64,000 nucleotides of DNA from the NCBI GenBank assembly GCA_022813865.1, contig JALDZX010000006.1:1-64000 (forward strand). The letters run 5' to 3'. Shown here piece after piece: positions 50,203-61,609 of this stretch; position 1 is the first letter of the stretch, and every line of letters starts with the position of its first letter. The notes under the pieces were generated by a model. It was given only the letters and a program-made list of their open reading frames with translations. It did no database searches and was not told the DNA's origin. A program made the translations under genes and the position numbers. The DNA is from Xylographa opegraphella. Lineage: Eukaryota.

Positions 50203-53200
50203 TCAAGCAAAAACATCACTCGCAAACCTCTCACTCCCCACGCCCCGAAACCACTCCTCGGCCCTCTCCCGCCCCCACCCCATCTCAGCCTCCATCGCAA
50301 TCCGCACCACACACGCCCTAACCCCCTCCCCGAGCTCCCCACTCCCACAGACATACACACGCGCACCACGGTCCCACAGGTCGCGCACGTCGGCGCGGTC
50401 GCGCCACACGCGGTCCTGGACGTAGCGGCAGCCGTCGCTGGCGGCGGGGCGGCGGCTGAAAGCGTAGCGCACGCTCGTGACGGCGCCTTGGGCTTGCCAT
50501 GCTTGGAGCTCGGTGGCGTAGAGGGCGTCGAGGGTGGGGGCGCGGCAGCCGATGAAGAGGATGCAGGGGGCGATGGGCCGGTGGGCGGAGAGGTGGGCGG
50601 CGCGTTCTTGGATGAAGCCGCGGAAGGGGGCGAGGCCGGAGCCGGCGCAGATGAGGCTGGTGGGGTGGGGGCGTTAGCGGGGGTTTTTGGAGGGAGGTGG
50701 GTGTGGAAGATGGTGGGTGGAGGTTGGGGTGGGGGTTGTGGTTTGTGGGCACTAGAGGGGAGGGGGAGAGGGGGTACGTACATCATTGGGACGCTGGAGA
50801 TGTCGAGCGGGGGGTGGAAGGCAGTGTGCGAGGTGCGGACGGAGACGAGGAGGTGGTCGCCGCGCGTGAGGGAGGCGAGGTAGGTGGTTGCGACGCCGCG
50901 GGAGCGGTTAGAGCGGAAGGGGAGCGCGGAGGTGCAGTTCGTGATGGATGTCGGGGTTTCGTCGCTGGATGTATCGGTTCGAGACTCCGAGGCTTGGGTG
51001 GACGACGGGAGAGAGGGGGCTGGGGCATCGACGACTGCGTAGGTCAGGGTGCAAGTTGTGGGTGAGAAGAGCGGGGAGGATGAGATGCTGTATTGGCGGA
51101 CGCGCATGGGAGGGAGCATCGATAGGTAGGCGTGGAAAGGCAGGGTGGCGGTGGGGTGAGCTTCAAGGAGATAGAGGGGGGAGAGGCGCTGCGACGAGAT
51201 GAGAGATGACGGGGTGGCGAGGAGGGAGGATCGAAGGGTGGGGTCTGGGATGGAAGAAGCGATGGCGGCGACGTTCTAAAGCAGGTTAGCATAGCGAAAA
51301 TATAACTTCCTTGGAGAAGTAATAGAAAACCGCCATACCTTGGTAGTGGCTGGCTGATTGAGCTCAACGTAAGCGGAGAGCAGGTCGAAAACGCTCATAT
51401 CGCGGCCACACGGCAGGATAGTATTTTGGCCCTCCTTAATATTGATCTTGGAATCCCATGGAAGGGAAAATCTCTTCATTACCCTTTTCACAATCTCAGA
51501 GCTATTCAGCGGCAGGACGGCGAGATAATCTCCGGCGCGGTAGGTCATGTTGGTAGGTAATTGCAACTCGATGTGGCGCTTCTCGGGCTCACCGGGCGCA
51601 GTAAGGATTTTCACGTCCTTGACAATGGCTTCACTTACATCTTGGCGGAGATCGTTAGACCGAGTGTTGGTGGAGATTTCCACGTCGAGGCCTTGGCTTT
51701 CTGAAGGGTCTTCGTCTTCAACTCCATATTCTGCAGCGATACCTGGCCACAGTGTGTGGTCGACCCAGCTATCAAAGTTGTTAAAGATATCATTGTCGGC
51801 AGCGTCGGCGTTGCCTCGTGCGGCGAGTCGCTTGCTGCCGTGTGTCTCGAACAGATTGTCTATAGCTGTCGGAATCTTCTGAAATGTGGCCTGCCAGTCA
51901 CCTAATTCATGTATCAATACAGCCTCTGCGAAAGAGCTTTTCTAACAAGACTTACGGTGACCGCAACCAAAAACCGCATATTTGACTCCATCAAGTCTAT
52001 CGTCTTTGAGACCTTGTAGCCATTCCATGAAATAAGTAGCATTATCGGTCGGCTGACCCTCGTAACTGGCGGTGATGATGACTACAGGCTGGTCTTTTGG
52101 AATCTTGTCCGCCGCCGAGTCCAACGTCTGGACGAGGGACTTGTAGCCACGACTTGAGGCACTATTTGCAAGTGTCCGGGCAAGCGACTCACAAGTACCT
52201 GTGTTGGAGCCGTACAGGATGGTCATCAGTCTCCGAGGCTTCTGAGAGCTTGGGTTCTTCTCTGGAATCTTCGTCTCCTTCGACGTCGTTGACTTGCCAC
52301 CATCGACATTGTTCCAGAATGTTTTCTCCAGACCAATCGGATCAACGCCTTCTCGAAGAGTGGCATACATGTAAAAGTCCTTTGGCTTGATCGTAAGTGT
52401 CTGCTTCCAGTGGATTTCATAAGACGGGTCATCTCTACGGAAGTTGAAGTTCTGTAGAAGCATAGCCACAACAATATGAGCTTCCTGCCAAGCAAATGCT
52501 CTACCAATACAGGCCCTTGTACCATTCCCGAAAGGCTGCAAGATGTTAGCTCGGCCCACACGAAGTGAATCAGAAGTCCTACTTTCCAAGCATTCGGCGG
52601 AAGCTTGCTGAACTTCTCTTCGAGCATACGCTCTGGCTTAAAGACCTCGGCATCCTCGCCCCATACTGCAGGATCTCTATGAATACGAGGAAGAATCACA
52701 CCAATTGGCTGTCCGAAATGAACTTCATATCTCTCCTTGCCAATGTAAATTGGATATTCGTTTCGATCTTTCGAAATAGGTGCCACAGAAAAACCAGGAG
52801 CGGTCGGATACAAGCGGAGTGTCTCTCTGAGACAGGCTGTAAGGTAAGGAAGTTTGGACATATGCTCATAGCTGATGGACCCCTTGCCAACCACCTCGTC
52901 CACTTCCTTCTGAGCGGTATTGTAGGTCTCTGGATACTTTAGGAACAGAGCGAATAGGAATGACAAAAGACCAGAAGTGGTCTCGTGGCCTATCATGGAT
53001 TAGTTGAGACTTTAGGAGACCTCTGAAGTGAATTTACCGGCGACTAGGAATGTGATCATGTTATGGACAATGTTTTCATCTGAAAGCGTCTTGCCCGATC
53101 TCGGGTCCTTGCCGAATAACATTGTATTCACCAAGTCATTCTTGTCAGTAGGATGAGCCCGTCGATCTTTGATAACCTGTAAAGATATGGACTTCATGAG

Positions 53201-54079
53201 CTCGATACTTTCCCAATACTTCCGTGTCGAATCTCGGTAGATGTAATTGGTCACAAAAGCGGGTCTTGAAGCTCGAGCACCAGATTCGGCGAGGAAGTAC
53301 TTGACATTCAATCAGCCATACAGCTCTTCTGGCAAGCTGCAAGAGAGATAAGGTTCATACCACCATGGCATCGACGAATGGGTGCATCCCCTCGCGATAA
53401 AACGAGTTGAACCTCGCATCAAGCGCACATCTGTTGAGGAAGCTCGTTAGAATCGTCTCTACTACTCGAACAAGAACCATCTTGGAACTACGTACAAAGC
53501 AATACTGTCAAGTGTGAGTCGAGTGAAGTCGTCTGTTACCGAAATCTTGTTCTCGGGACCGTATCTTGCCCATTTTGAGACCAGCTGAGTTGCAATATCA
53601 AGCATCTCTAGCACAGGATATTAGATCCGTGATAATTCAAAGCCGCGATATGATTCGGTCGTAGATCATACCATCGTACATGCTGCGAATTGCCATGGGC
53701 CCGAATGCAGGCATGAGGATCCTATGAGCGAGTCCCCAATTCTCTTCGTCGCCAAACGCCGTGAACAGGCCGTCCCCAGCTCCGTTCCGAATTTCAAGCA
53801 AACCTCCGGAAGGCTGTTTTGCAAAGCGCTTTTCATCGCACAGCTCATTTAGAAGCTCATAGCTCGAGGCGACTAGTCTCTCATTACCCGCGATATTCAG
53901 TTTGAAAATTGGGCCTATCCATCCAAATCTATAAGCTCGATGTCCCTTAATGCTGAGATTCTAACAATACCATATTGGTCGATCAAGTGTAGGACACTGT
54001 CAAGAGTATTTGCGGGGTCGAGGTCTCTCACATTGCCCAAGATTGGCAAGCCTGGAGGCTGTGGTATTGGCGTCCCCAT
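50203..54079 (-). CDS. CYP505-family self-sufficient P450/NADPH-P450 reductase fusion (P450foxy/BM3-like), many introns
   Basis: [23 protein letters not shown], heme motif [11 protein letters not shown], flavodoxin [49 protein letters not shown]. Confidence 0.93.
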
Positions 54080-54296
54080 TACTGCCAGAAATATACAATA
54101 GAGCTAGGATGTCAAGCGGAGAATAGCTTCAGATAGATGAAAGAGAGGTCGGTCGTCAACGATCAAGGACGCAAGAGAACTGCCACGAAACCACACGGGT
54201 TCAGCAACTAAAGAAGAGCCAGGCTTTGCTTTTCTAGTCGAAAGAGCTACAGAACGACGGAACGGAACAGTCGATGATTGGGCCGCAACGCCATAT

Positions 54297-55179
54297 ACCT
54301 CGGGGAGATACGCCGTGGTTTATGCTTCATAACCTGCATTGGATCATGTAAAATATCATGTGCTTCTACCATGGATGCGCATCATGCCGTGATACCATAC
54401 ATCGAATGAGTCCGCCGCAGCCCATGAGACCCACTCGGTTGGTAGTGACTCTGTACCTTTTCTCAACGTGCGTAAAGCTTTAGGGTCAGGAGTAGCGTGA
54501 GAAGCGACTGATGCAATGCCTGCATTCAAACTACCTACACTCCCTGTATACGGGACCAGCGCTGTCTGCCGGCTGGCCCGACCGACGGCACAATCATTTG
54601 GCCAGACCTCGGCATCTTTGCGACGACAGGAGTCAACTTCATGACAAAGTAAAGACATCCCTGACCTCAATATGATTCAAAGGAAGCTTGGTTTCGAATA
54701 CTGATCAATTCCCATTTTCTTCTTTGCGAGCTCCTCACACGGGTAAGAAAAATTACTATGCATAGTTCTGAGTGCGCTCGTTTCTCGAAGCTGCCTTTAC
54801 CATACATACTAAGGTAACAAAACACTTCGGAAGAATACTTTCCCGAGCGCTCCGTCTGCTATTCCGTATGGGGAATAGCGGGTCAGCCAACGATTGCCAA
54901 GAGCACTGATGGCTTCATGCATCAGCGAGACCAGGTACCCGAGGTACGAGCATCTTCAAGAAACGGCTTATTAAATCGGAACTCCGTCGTTAAAAAGGGA
55001 AAACTTAGATTGCATAGTATATTATCCAGGATCTCTCGGTCTAGGTCCTAGGCTTCAATTCTGCACGGCCAAGAGACCGAGGTCTACCCGCACTCCGATT
55101 GTTCCTTGTCTGGAGGACATACCGAGGTCAGATCAGATGCCTACTAACTTACGAGACTCAAACTGGGGCGCCACCTCGG
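54297..55179. promoter_or_regulatory. Cluster of six ACCTCGG/CCGAGGT (FarA/CTF1-type) motifs upstream of CYP505
   Basis: CCTCGG or CCGAGG at 54298, 54607, 54939, 55077, 55122 and 55174, all extending to the 7-mer ACCTCGG on one strand. Confidence 0.65.
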
Positions 55180-55379
55180 CTTCGTCAGAGAGGCACCTGG
55201 TCCGGACCCAAACCTGCCGTATGACTGCAGTACCCAAGAAGTCCCGCGGAAGATATGATAGTATGTCTTGCTTCAGTCAAGTGTAGAGACAAGTCAAGCA
55301 ATAGGTCAGCCGATACAGAGTATATCAGGGAACGAAACGGCGGCAAAAGAGGTTCCATGGATCCTAAATACCATCCAGT

Positions 55380-56945
55380 TTACAACTTCGTTCCCAGGTT
55401 GACGTGCACCGCCTTGCTATTCGTGTAAGCCGCAAGGCCTGCCTCGCCCAGCTCACGCCCTATTCCGCTCTGCTTGACGCCACCAAAGGGGATCCTGTAA
55501 TCGCTATCGTTACTGCTATTAATCCACACCATGCCCGCCTCGATGTTCCTCGCCACCCGGTGCGCCTTGGTTATGTCCTGCGTGAACACTGCACTACCGA
55601 GACCATAGGTGGTGTCATTCGCCATCTCCACAGCCTGGTCTTCCGTCTTGAACGAAGCAACGACGGCGAATGGCCCGAACACCTCTTCGCGGTAGATCTT
55701 CATGTGGTCCTTGACGTTGGTAAATACTGTTGGCGCGATGAAGAAGCCCTTTCCGTTGACATCCTTATGCGCTTGCCCTCCCAGTGCCAGGTCTGCTCCT
55801 TCCGATTTCCCGGATTCGATATAGTTCAGCACCCGTTCATACTGCGTCTTTGTGACCTGTGGTCCTTGGAACGTCTCATCGCTGAACGGGTCGCCGACTT
55901 TGCTGACACTCTTGATTTGCTCCATGAATAGCTTCACAAATTTATCATATACCGACTCCTGCACCAATATCCGCGATGTAGCCGTACAGATCTGCCCCAT
56001 GTTGGACATAATACCGATATGGCTCCACTTCACCGCCTGCTCCAGATCTGCATCCTCGAATACTAGCAACGGCGACTTTCCACCCGTCTCCAACGTGATA
56101 TTCTTCATCGTCGCACTCGCCATCTTCATAATCTGCTTCCCTGTCGCCGTGCTCCCCGTGAACGCAATCTTGTCAATCCCCACATGACTCGCAATCGCCG
56201 CACCCGCATCTTTCCCGTACCCATTCAGGATGTTTACCACCCCAGGCGGGAAACCCGCTTCCTTGATCAAGTTCGCAAGGAACAATATACTGAGCGGCGT
56301 TTGTTCCGCCGCCTTCATGACCACTGTATTACCACATGCCAGCGCAGGACCCAGCTTCCATGCGGCCATCGCCAACGGGTAGTTCCACGGGATGATTTGT
56401 CCGCAGACGCCGAGGGGCTCGCGGATTGTGTAGGCAAGCTTAGCGGGCGAGGTGTCGATAACCTGCCCGTGAATCTTGTCCGCGTACCCACCGTAATAGC
56501 GGAGGCAGCCGGCCACCTCGGCAAGGTCTCCATTCAACGCCTCCGAGTATGGCTTACCATTGTCCCAAGTTTCGATGGTGGCGAGCGTCTCCGCGTGGTC
56601 TTCGACGAGGGAAGCGAGTTTAAGGAGCAGGTTGCCACGAGAGGTGGTGGGAAGATCGCGCCATGACGAGGCTTTGAAGGCCGCGCGAGCGGCAGCGACT
56701 GCGACATCGACGTCCTCAGCGGTAGCGGCGTAGACGCTGGTGATTTCAGACTCGTCGCTATGATTGTATCAGTCAGATAATTGAGACGAGTGACAAAGTG
56801 GGTAGGGGATGGCCTACCTTGGATTTATGCTGGTAATCTTCTCGCCCTTCTTTGACTTGACCCATTCGTTATTGATGAATAGCCCTATTGGCTGCTTATA
56901 CTTTCGACCATTTGGTGCCGTGAGCTCTATCTCAAGGTCAGACAT
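55380..56945 (-). CDS. NAD(P)-dependent aldehyde dehydrogenase, 2 exons
   Basis: GLFINNEW, IIPWNYP, AFTGSTATG, LETGGKSP, GQICTA (catalytic Cys), EEVFGP, PFGGVKQSGIGRELG. Confidence 0.95.
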
Positions 56946-57291
56946 TCTTGAGGACCCGATACTATGTATGATGCGATTGCACTGGTGGATGAATGTAGGC
57001 TGTTTGAGCGCTCTATAGCTGAGTCTTCTGATGAGAGATGGTTTGAACTGTGTCAAAAATAAGCACATGAAGTCGCAACAGCCATCAGTTCACACGATGC
57101 GGGGCTCTCTGCTGGGAGAGGGGTAGGAGAATTGGTAGCCATAGGTCGGCGATAGACGGCGATAAGATAAGATAGCTCCTAGTCCTGATGACATGGGTCG
57201 TCACTAGACTCGGGTAGCTTAAATATTTCTCTGCACAACTCGATCACATATGGGCCTTTAGAATTGACTTGTTCGTGATTAGATAGGCGCT

Positions 57292-58902
57292 ATGGCGACT
57301 GTACTACCGCCGCCGAATAAGCGTCAGAGGTTAGAGAATGCAGAAAACGCTCGCAAGCAGCAAGATGTTGCAGGCATTCCGCAAGACTTAGGGAGTTTCC
57401 GAGTCCAATTTGTCGACAAAACTACCGGAAAGCCTACCGGAGGTCTGGTCTCTATACCAGTAGCAGACTCTACTGTTAAGAATCTGGAACTATTGCTCAA
57501 TTCCTTGCAGGGTAATGTACGTATAAGTCCTATAGTAAGCCCAGAATGAGGTGCTAAGGGTTGCGATCAGGATGTGTCGGAAAGAGTGCCGTATCGATTT
57601 ACGTACCAGTCTGGAAGTGGCAACCAATCTAGCAATCCAACTGTCGATATCACAAGCGACCTTCACAAGTCGTTGCTACAACCCGGCCTGAAGACTACCG
57701 AAGACTCAATTAGCCTTCAATACACTCCGCAAGCAGTTTTTCGAGTCCGGGCGGTCTCGAGATGCTCATCCTCGATACCAGGACATGGTGAGGCAATACT
57801 AGCGACTCAATTCTCCTCTGCCTCATCATCTCGTATGGTGAGTGGTAGCGGCGATAATACAGCACGAATATGGGATTGCGATACCGGGACCCCTCTCCAT
57901 ACGCTCAAAGGGCACACAAGTTGGGTGTTGGTGGTTAGCTGGTCGCCTGACGATAGCATGATCGCAACAGGGAGCATGGATAATACTGTTCGGATCTGGG
58001 ACCCACAGACCGGTGCTTCCCTCGGGCAACCGCTGAAGGGCCATACCAAATGGGTTCGAAGTCTAGCGTGGGAACCCTATCATCTTCAGTCCTTAGGCAG
58101 ACCCCGCTTGGCCTCGGCTTCGAAAGATGCTACTGTCCGTATCTGGGACGTCGTCTCGAAGCGTATCGAGATAGTCCTCAGTGGTCATAAAGGCTCTGTT
58201 TCCTGTGTGAGGTGGGGCGGCACTGGCAAGATATATACCTCATCCCAGGATAAAACTGTGAAGATCTGGGACTCATCCACTGGCAGTCTCCTAAGCACCC
58301 TCACTGCCCATGCTCACTGGGTGAATCATCTAGCTCTCTCTACAGACTTTGTCCTACGCACTGCCTACCACGATCATACAGGTCAAATCCCGGCCTCGGA
58401 TACACAAAAGCTCGCGAAAGCGCGCTTGCAGTTCGAAACCTCAGCAACAGTCGCTGGCGAGATTGTCGAACGCCTTGTCTCCGCTAGCGACGATTTCACC
58501 ATCTACTTATGGAATCCTTCATCTACCCTCAAACCAGTTGCCCGGTTGTTAGGTCATCAAAAGCAAGTCAACCATGTCACGTTTTCGCCAAACGGGCAAC
58601 TGATCGCTTCTGCCGGGTTTGATAACCATGTCAAACTGTGGAACTCCTCCAACGGCAACTTCTTGTTTTCACTACGGGCTCATGTAGGTCCTGTATACAT
58701 GACTAGTTTCTCAGCGGACAGTCGGTTGTTGGTCAGTGCAAGCAAAGACACAACACTGAAGGTATGGGATGTGGCGACGGGAAAGATGAAGGAAGACTTG
58801 ATCGGACACAAGGACGAAGTGTTTGCTGTGGACTGGGCGCCGGATGGGGTTAGAGTGGCAAGCGGAGGAAAGGATAAGGCAGTAAGAATATGGCGTCACT
58901 GA
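57292..58902 (+). CDS. RSA4: Ribosome assembly protein Rsa4/Notchless (UBL + WD40), 2 exons
   Basis: MATVLPPPNKRQR, YTPQAVFRVR.VSRCSS.I.GH, HAHWVNHLALSTDFVLRT, ERLVSASDDFT, WD repeats ending VRIWRH*. Confidence 0.95.
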
Positions 58903-59599
58903 AAAGTTATATATCATCTGGCTTTCCTTTCGTTATGATACCCTGGAGTGCGAATTTCGAGAGATTTGGGGTCATAAGGGAAGGCATAAATGACTATTGA
59001 ATTGATCCACGAGAAGCATCTTGGAGCTGCTGCTGCTTGGCAGTTGCCAGGGCATATTTGATTAGGATATCTTTAAGATGGTACGAAATGAATCGTTTAT
59101 ATTGGAAATTTCCAATAGCTGCGGCGTCGAACCATACTGTGTATGACGCAGGGTTCTCTTGACTTGGCACCCGCGCTGATAGCCCCTACGTATTTCTACG
59201 TATATTAACCCTGAGTATTTCTCATTTATATTTTACTACATTATCGATGACATCTATCTTGGGTCTCTTGATCATGCAGCATAATTGCTAGCCAATTGAC
59301 TGATAATCTTCACTCTTTTGCCGCTATGATTATGACGTGCTCTCAGCTTAAATCCGCGATAAGAACATTTAGCTCAATTTCCTCTGCGGGTTTTATACTG
59401 CTGCTGCAATCTTTTTCGTTTCCTTGTATTTTGTCATTCTTTCTGCCAATACGGCCGCTGAATTGAAGACAAGACGCTACAACAGTGCGACCAGCTGGCT
59501 GGGTCAAAAGGTTCAAGCTGTGCCATTCTCCCTCCATCGAAGCGCATCACGCCAAACCATCCTTCGATTCTATACAAACAACTCAACCGCTACTCTACA

Positions 59600-60522
59600 A
59601 TGACCACCCCCCTCCCCACCACCTATGAGAAGCCTCCGCCGACCCCATCCTCCCTCTCCCCACCACCCCGTTCCCCCCTCCTGACGCACCTCCTCACCCC
59701 CATCACCCCCACCCTCACCTCCCTCCCCCTTCTCCTCTCCACCTTCATCTCCGGCCTCGCCGACGCCGCCAGCTACAACGCCTGGTCAGCATTCGTCAGC
59801 ATGCAAACCGGCAACACCGTCTTCCTCGCCCTCGGCGCCTCCTCCCAGCCGCTCACCCGCCCCTACGGCTGGCTCAAATCGCTCACCTCCATCCTCTGCT
59901 TCAGTGTGTCCCCCTCCCCTTTACCCACCCTCTTCCCGCGACGACGGAAGACTGACACTACCTACAAACAGTGCTGGGCTGCGCCTTCTTCGCGCGCCTG
60001 ATGCGCGCCCTCGGCCACGGCGGACGCACCCGCCTCGCACTAGCCAGCAGCTTCGCCATTCAAGCAGCAATGATGCTGACAGCGGCGGGGCTCACGACGG
60101 GAAGGGTAGTGCCGACGCCCGACGGGCCTGCCAGCCCGCCTGCCAACCCGCCCATGTTCGTCGAGCTGCTGCCGCTGGCGCTGCTGGCCTTCCAGGCGGG
60201 CGGGCAGATCGTCGCGAGCCGGGTGCTGGGCCACGCCGAGATCCCGACCACGGTGCTGACGAGCGTGTACTGCGACCTTACGAGCGATGCGCGCGTGCTG
60301 AGGCGGGATAATGCCCTGAGGGATCGTCGCGTGATGGGCGTGCTGTGTTTGCTGCTGGGGGGGATTGTGGGGGGGTGGGTTAGCAGGAGCGAGGCTGGAT
60401 TGGGAACGGTGTTTTGGATCGGGGGCGGGTTGAAGTGTGGTTTGGTGGGCGCGTGGTTGGGGTGGGGGGCTGAGAGGGAGGAGGAGAGGGGGAAGGGCAG
60501 TAAGCGGTGGAGGGGGTGGTGA
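59600..60522 (+). CDS. DUF1275-family membrane protein, 2 exons
   Basis: SGLADA, FVSMQTGNTVF, LLAFQAGGQ, EIPTTVLTS.YCD; intron about 59904-59971. Confidence 0.85.
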
Positions 60523-60884
60523 GTTGGTGTGTTTTGGGGGGGCAAGCTGTTCCTGAGTTTGTGGAGCCGTCTGATGGAGTGTTTGGGGATTTGTAGAGAT
60601 TTGGATATTACAGCATGTGCCAGCCACGCTATCTGCAACGGGATAAGGTAGCCTCTTATCCAGTCGTTCAAGCTGTGCCGTCAGATCCGCTCAACCTCGA
60701 AGTGGAAAGGGGTAGATCTAGCTGTGTGGAAGAGCAAAAGTCTAAGATATCGCCAGAGGACGACGACGAGCAAGTGTTGCAAAATCTTTGGTGTCTGCAT
60801 CACTCTGGGTATTGCAAACTCGTTTAGCGCGCCTGAGTTAATAGCATACTTCATAACCGCCGTCAATTTACAGACGAGCCTCGC

Positions 60885-61609
60885 TCAAAGCAAGAGCACC
60901 AAGAGCGTCGCGAGCACCCACACCCACGTCTCCACTCCCCTCAAACTCCTCTTTCCACCTGAACAGATCGCCCCTTGCGGGCACTGCTCCCCACCGTCCA
61001 CCTCTGCCTGCACCTCGGCCCCAAACTCTCCGATGACATTCCCTGGCGGATAGTACTCGCAGACCACATACCAGCCCGCAACATCATTCGTCCCATCACA
61101 CAACATGCGTCCGCACCCAACCGTAGTCGTAGCCTTCCATACCAGTTGTGTGAAATGTCCCGTCGCCTCGCTGAACCCCGGGCTGCCGAAGTCGTACTCG
61201 TTGCGCTCGTCGCCCCACGCGTCCACGGCGTCGGTGACGTTGGTATAGCCTTGCGCTAGATTCTCGCCGCTCGGTCCACCCTAGATCGGAGCAGTATGCG
61301 TCAGCCCAATGGTTTCTTCTGCTGAGACTCTCCTCTCACACGTACCGAATGCTGCCAATGGCAGTTCCCAGCGTAATCAGCGGCGTAAGCGGCGAGGGAG
61401 TCATTCCAGCTCAAAGCGGTGGCGTTGTGCTCGTCGCGAAAAACGTTGGTAGAGTTCAGTATGGACGATTGGAAGTCGTCGTCGGAGGTGTATTGGGACG
61501 ACGAGGTTGCGGAGTTGGATGGCGCGGTCACAACGACCGTTGCTACGATTGTGGTCTGCGCGAACGAGCAGAGGGGAAGGAGAGGGAAGAGGAAGAGGTG
61601 GGAATGCAT
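60885..61609 (-). CDS. Secreted CAP/SCP/PR-1-like protein, possibly GPI-anchored, 2 exons
   Basis: Signal peptide, N.FR.EH.A..L.W, HS|GGPSGENLA, GHFTQLVWK.TT.VGCG, YVVCEYYPPGN, hydrophobic C-terminal tail. Confidence 0.92.

Noticed and set aside
45434..56945. MFS-MFS-CYP505-ALDH as a biosynthetic gene cluster
   Set aside because: No PKS, NRPS, terpene or other core enzyme in the window, and housekeeping genes flank it; co-function is unsupported.
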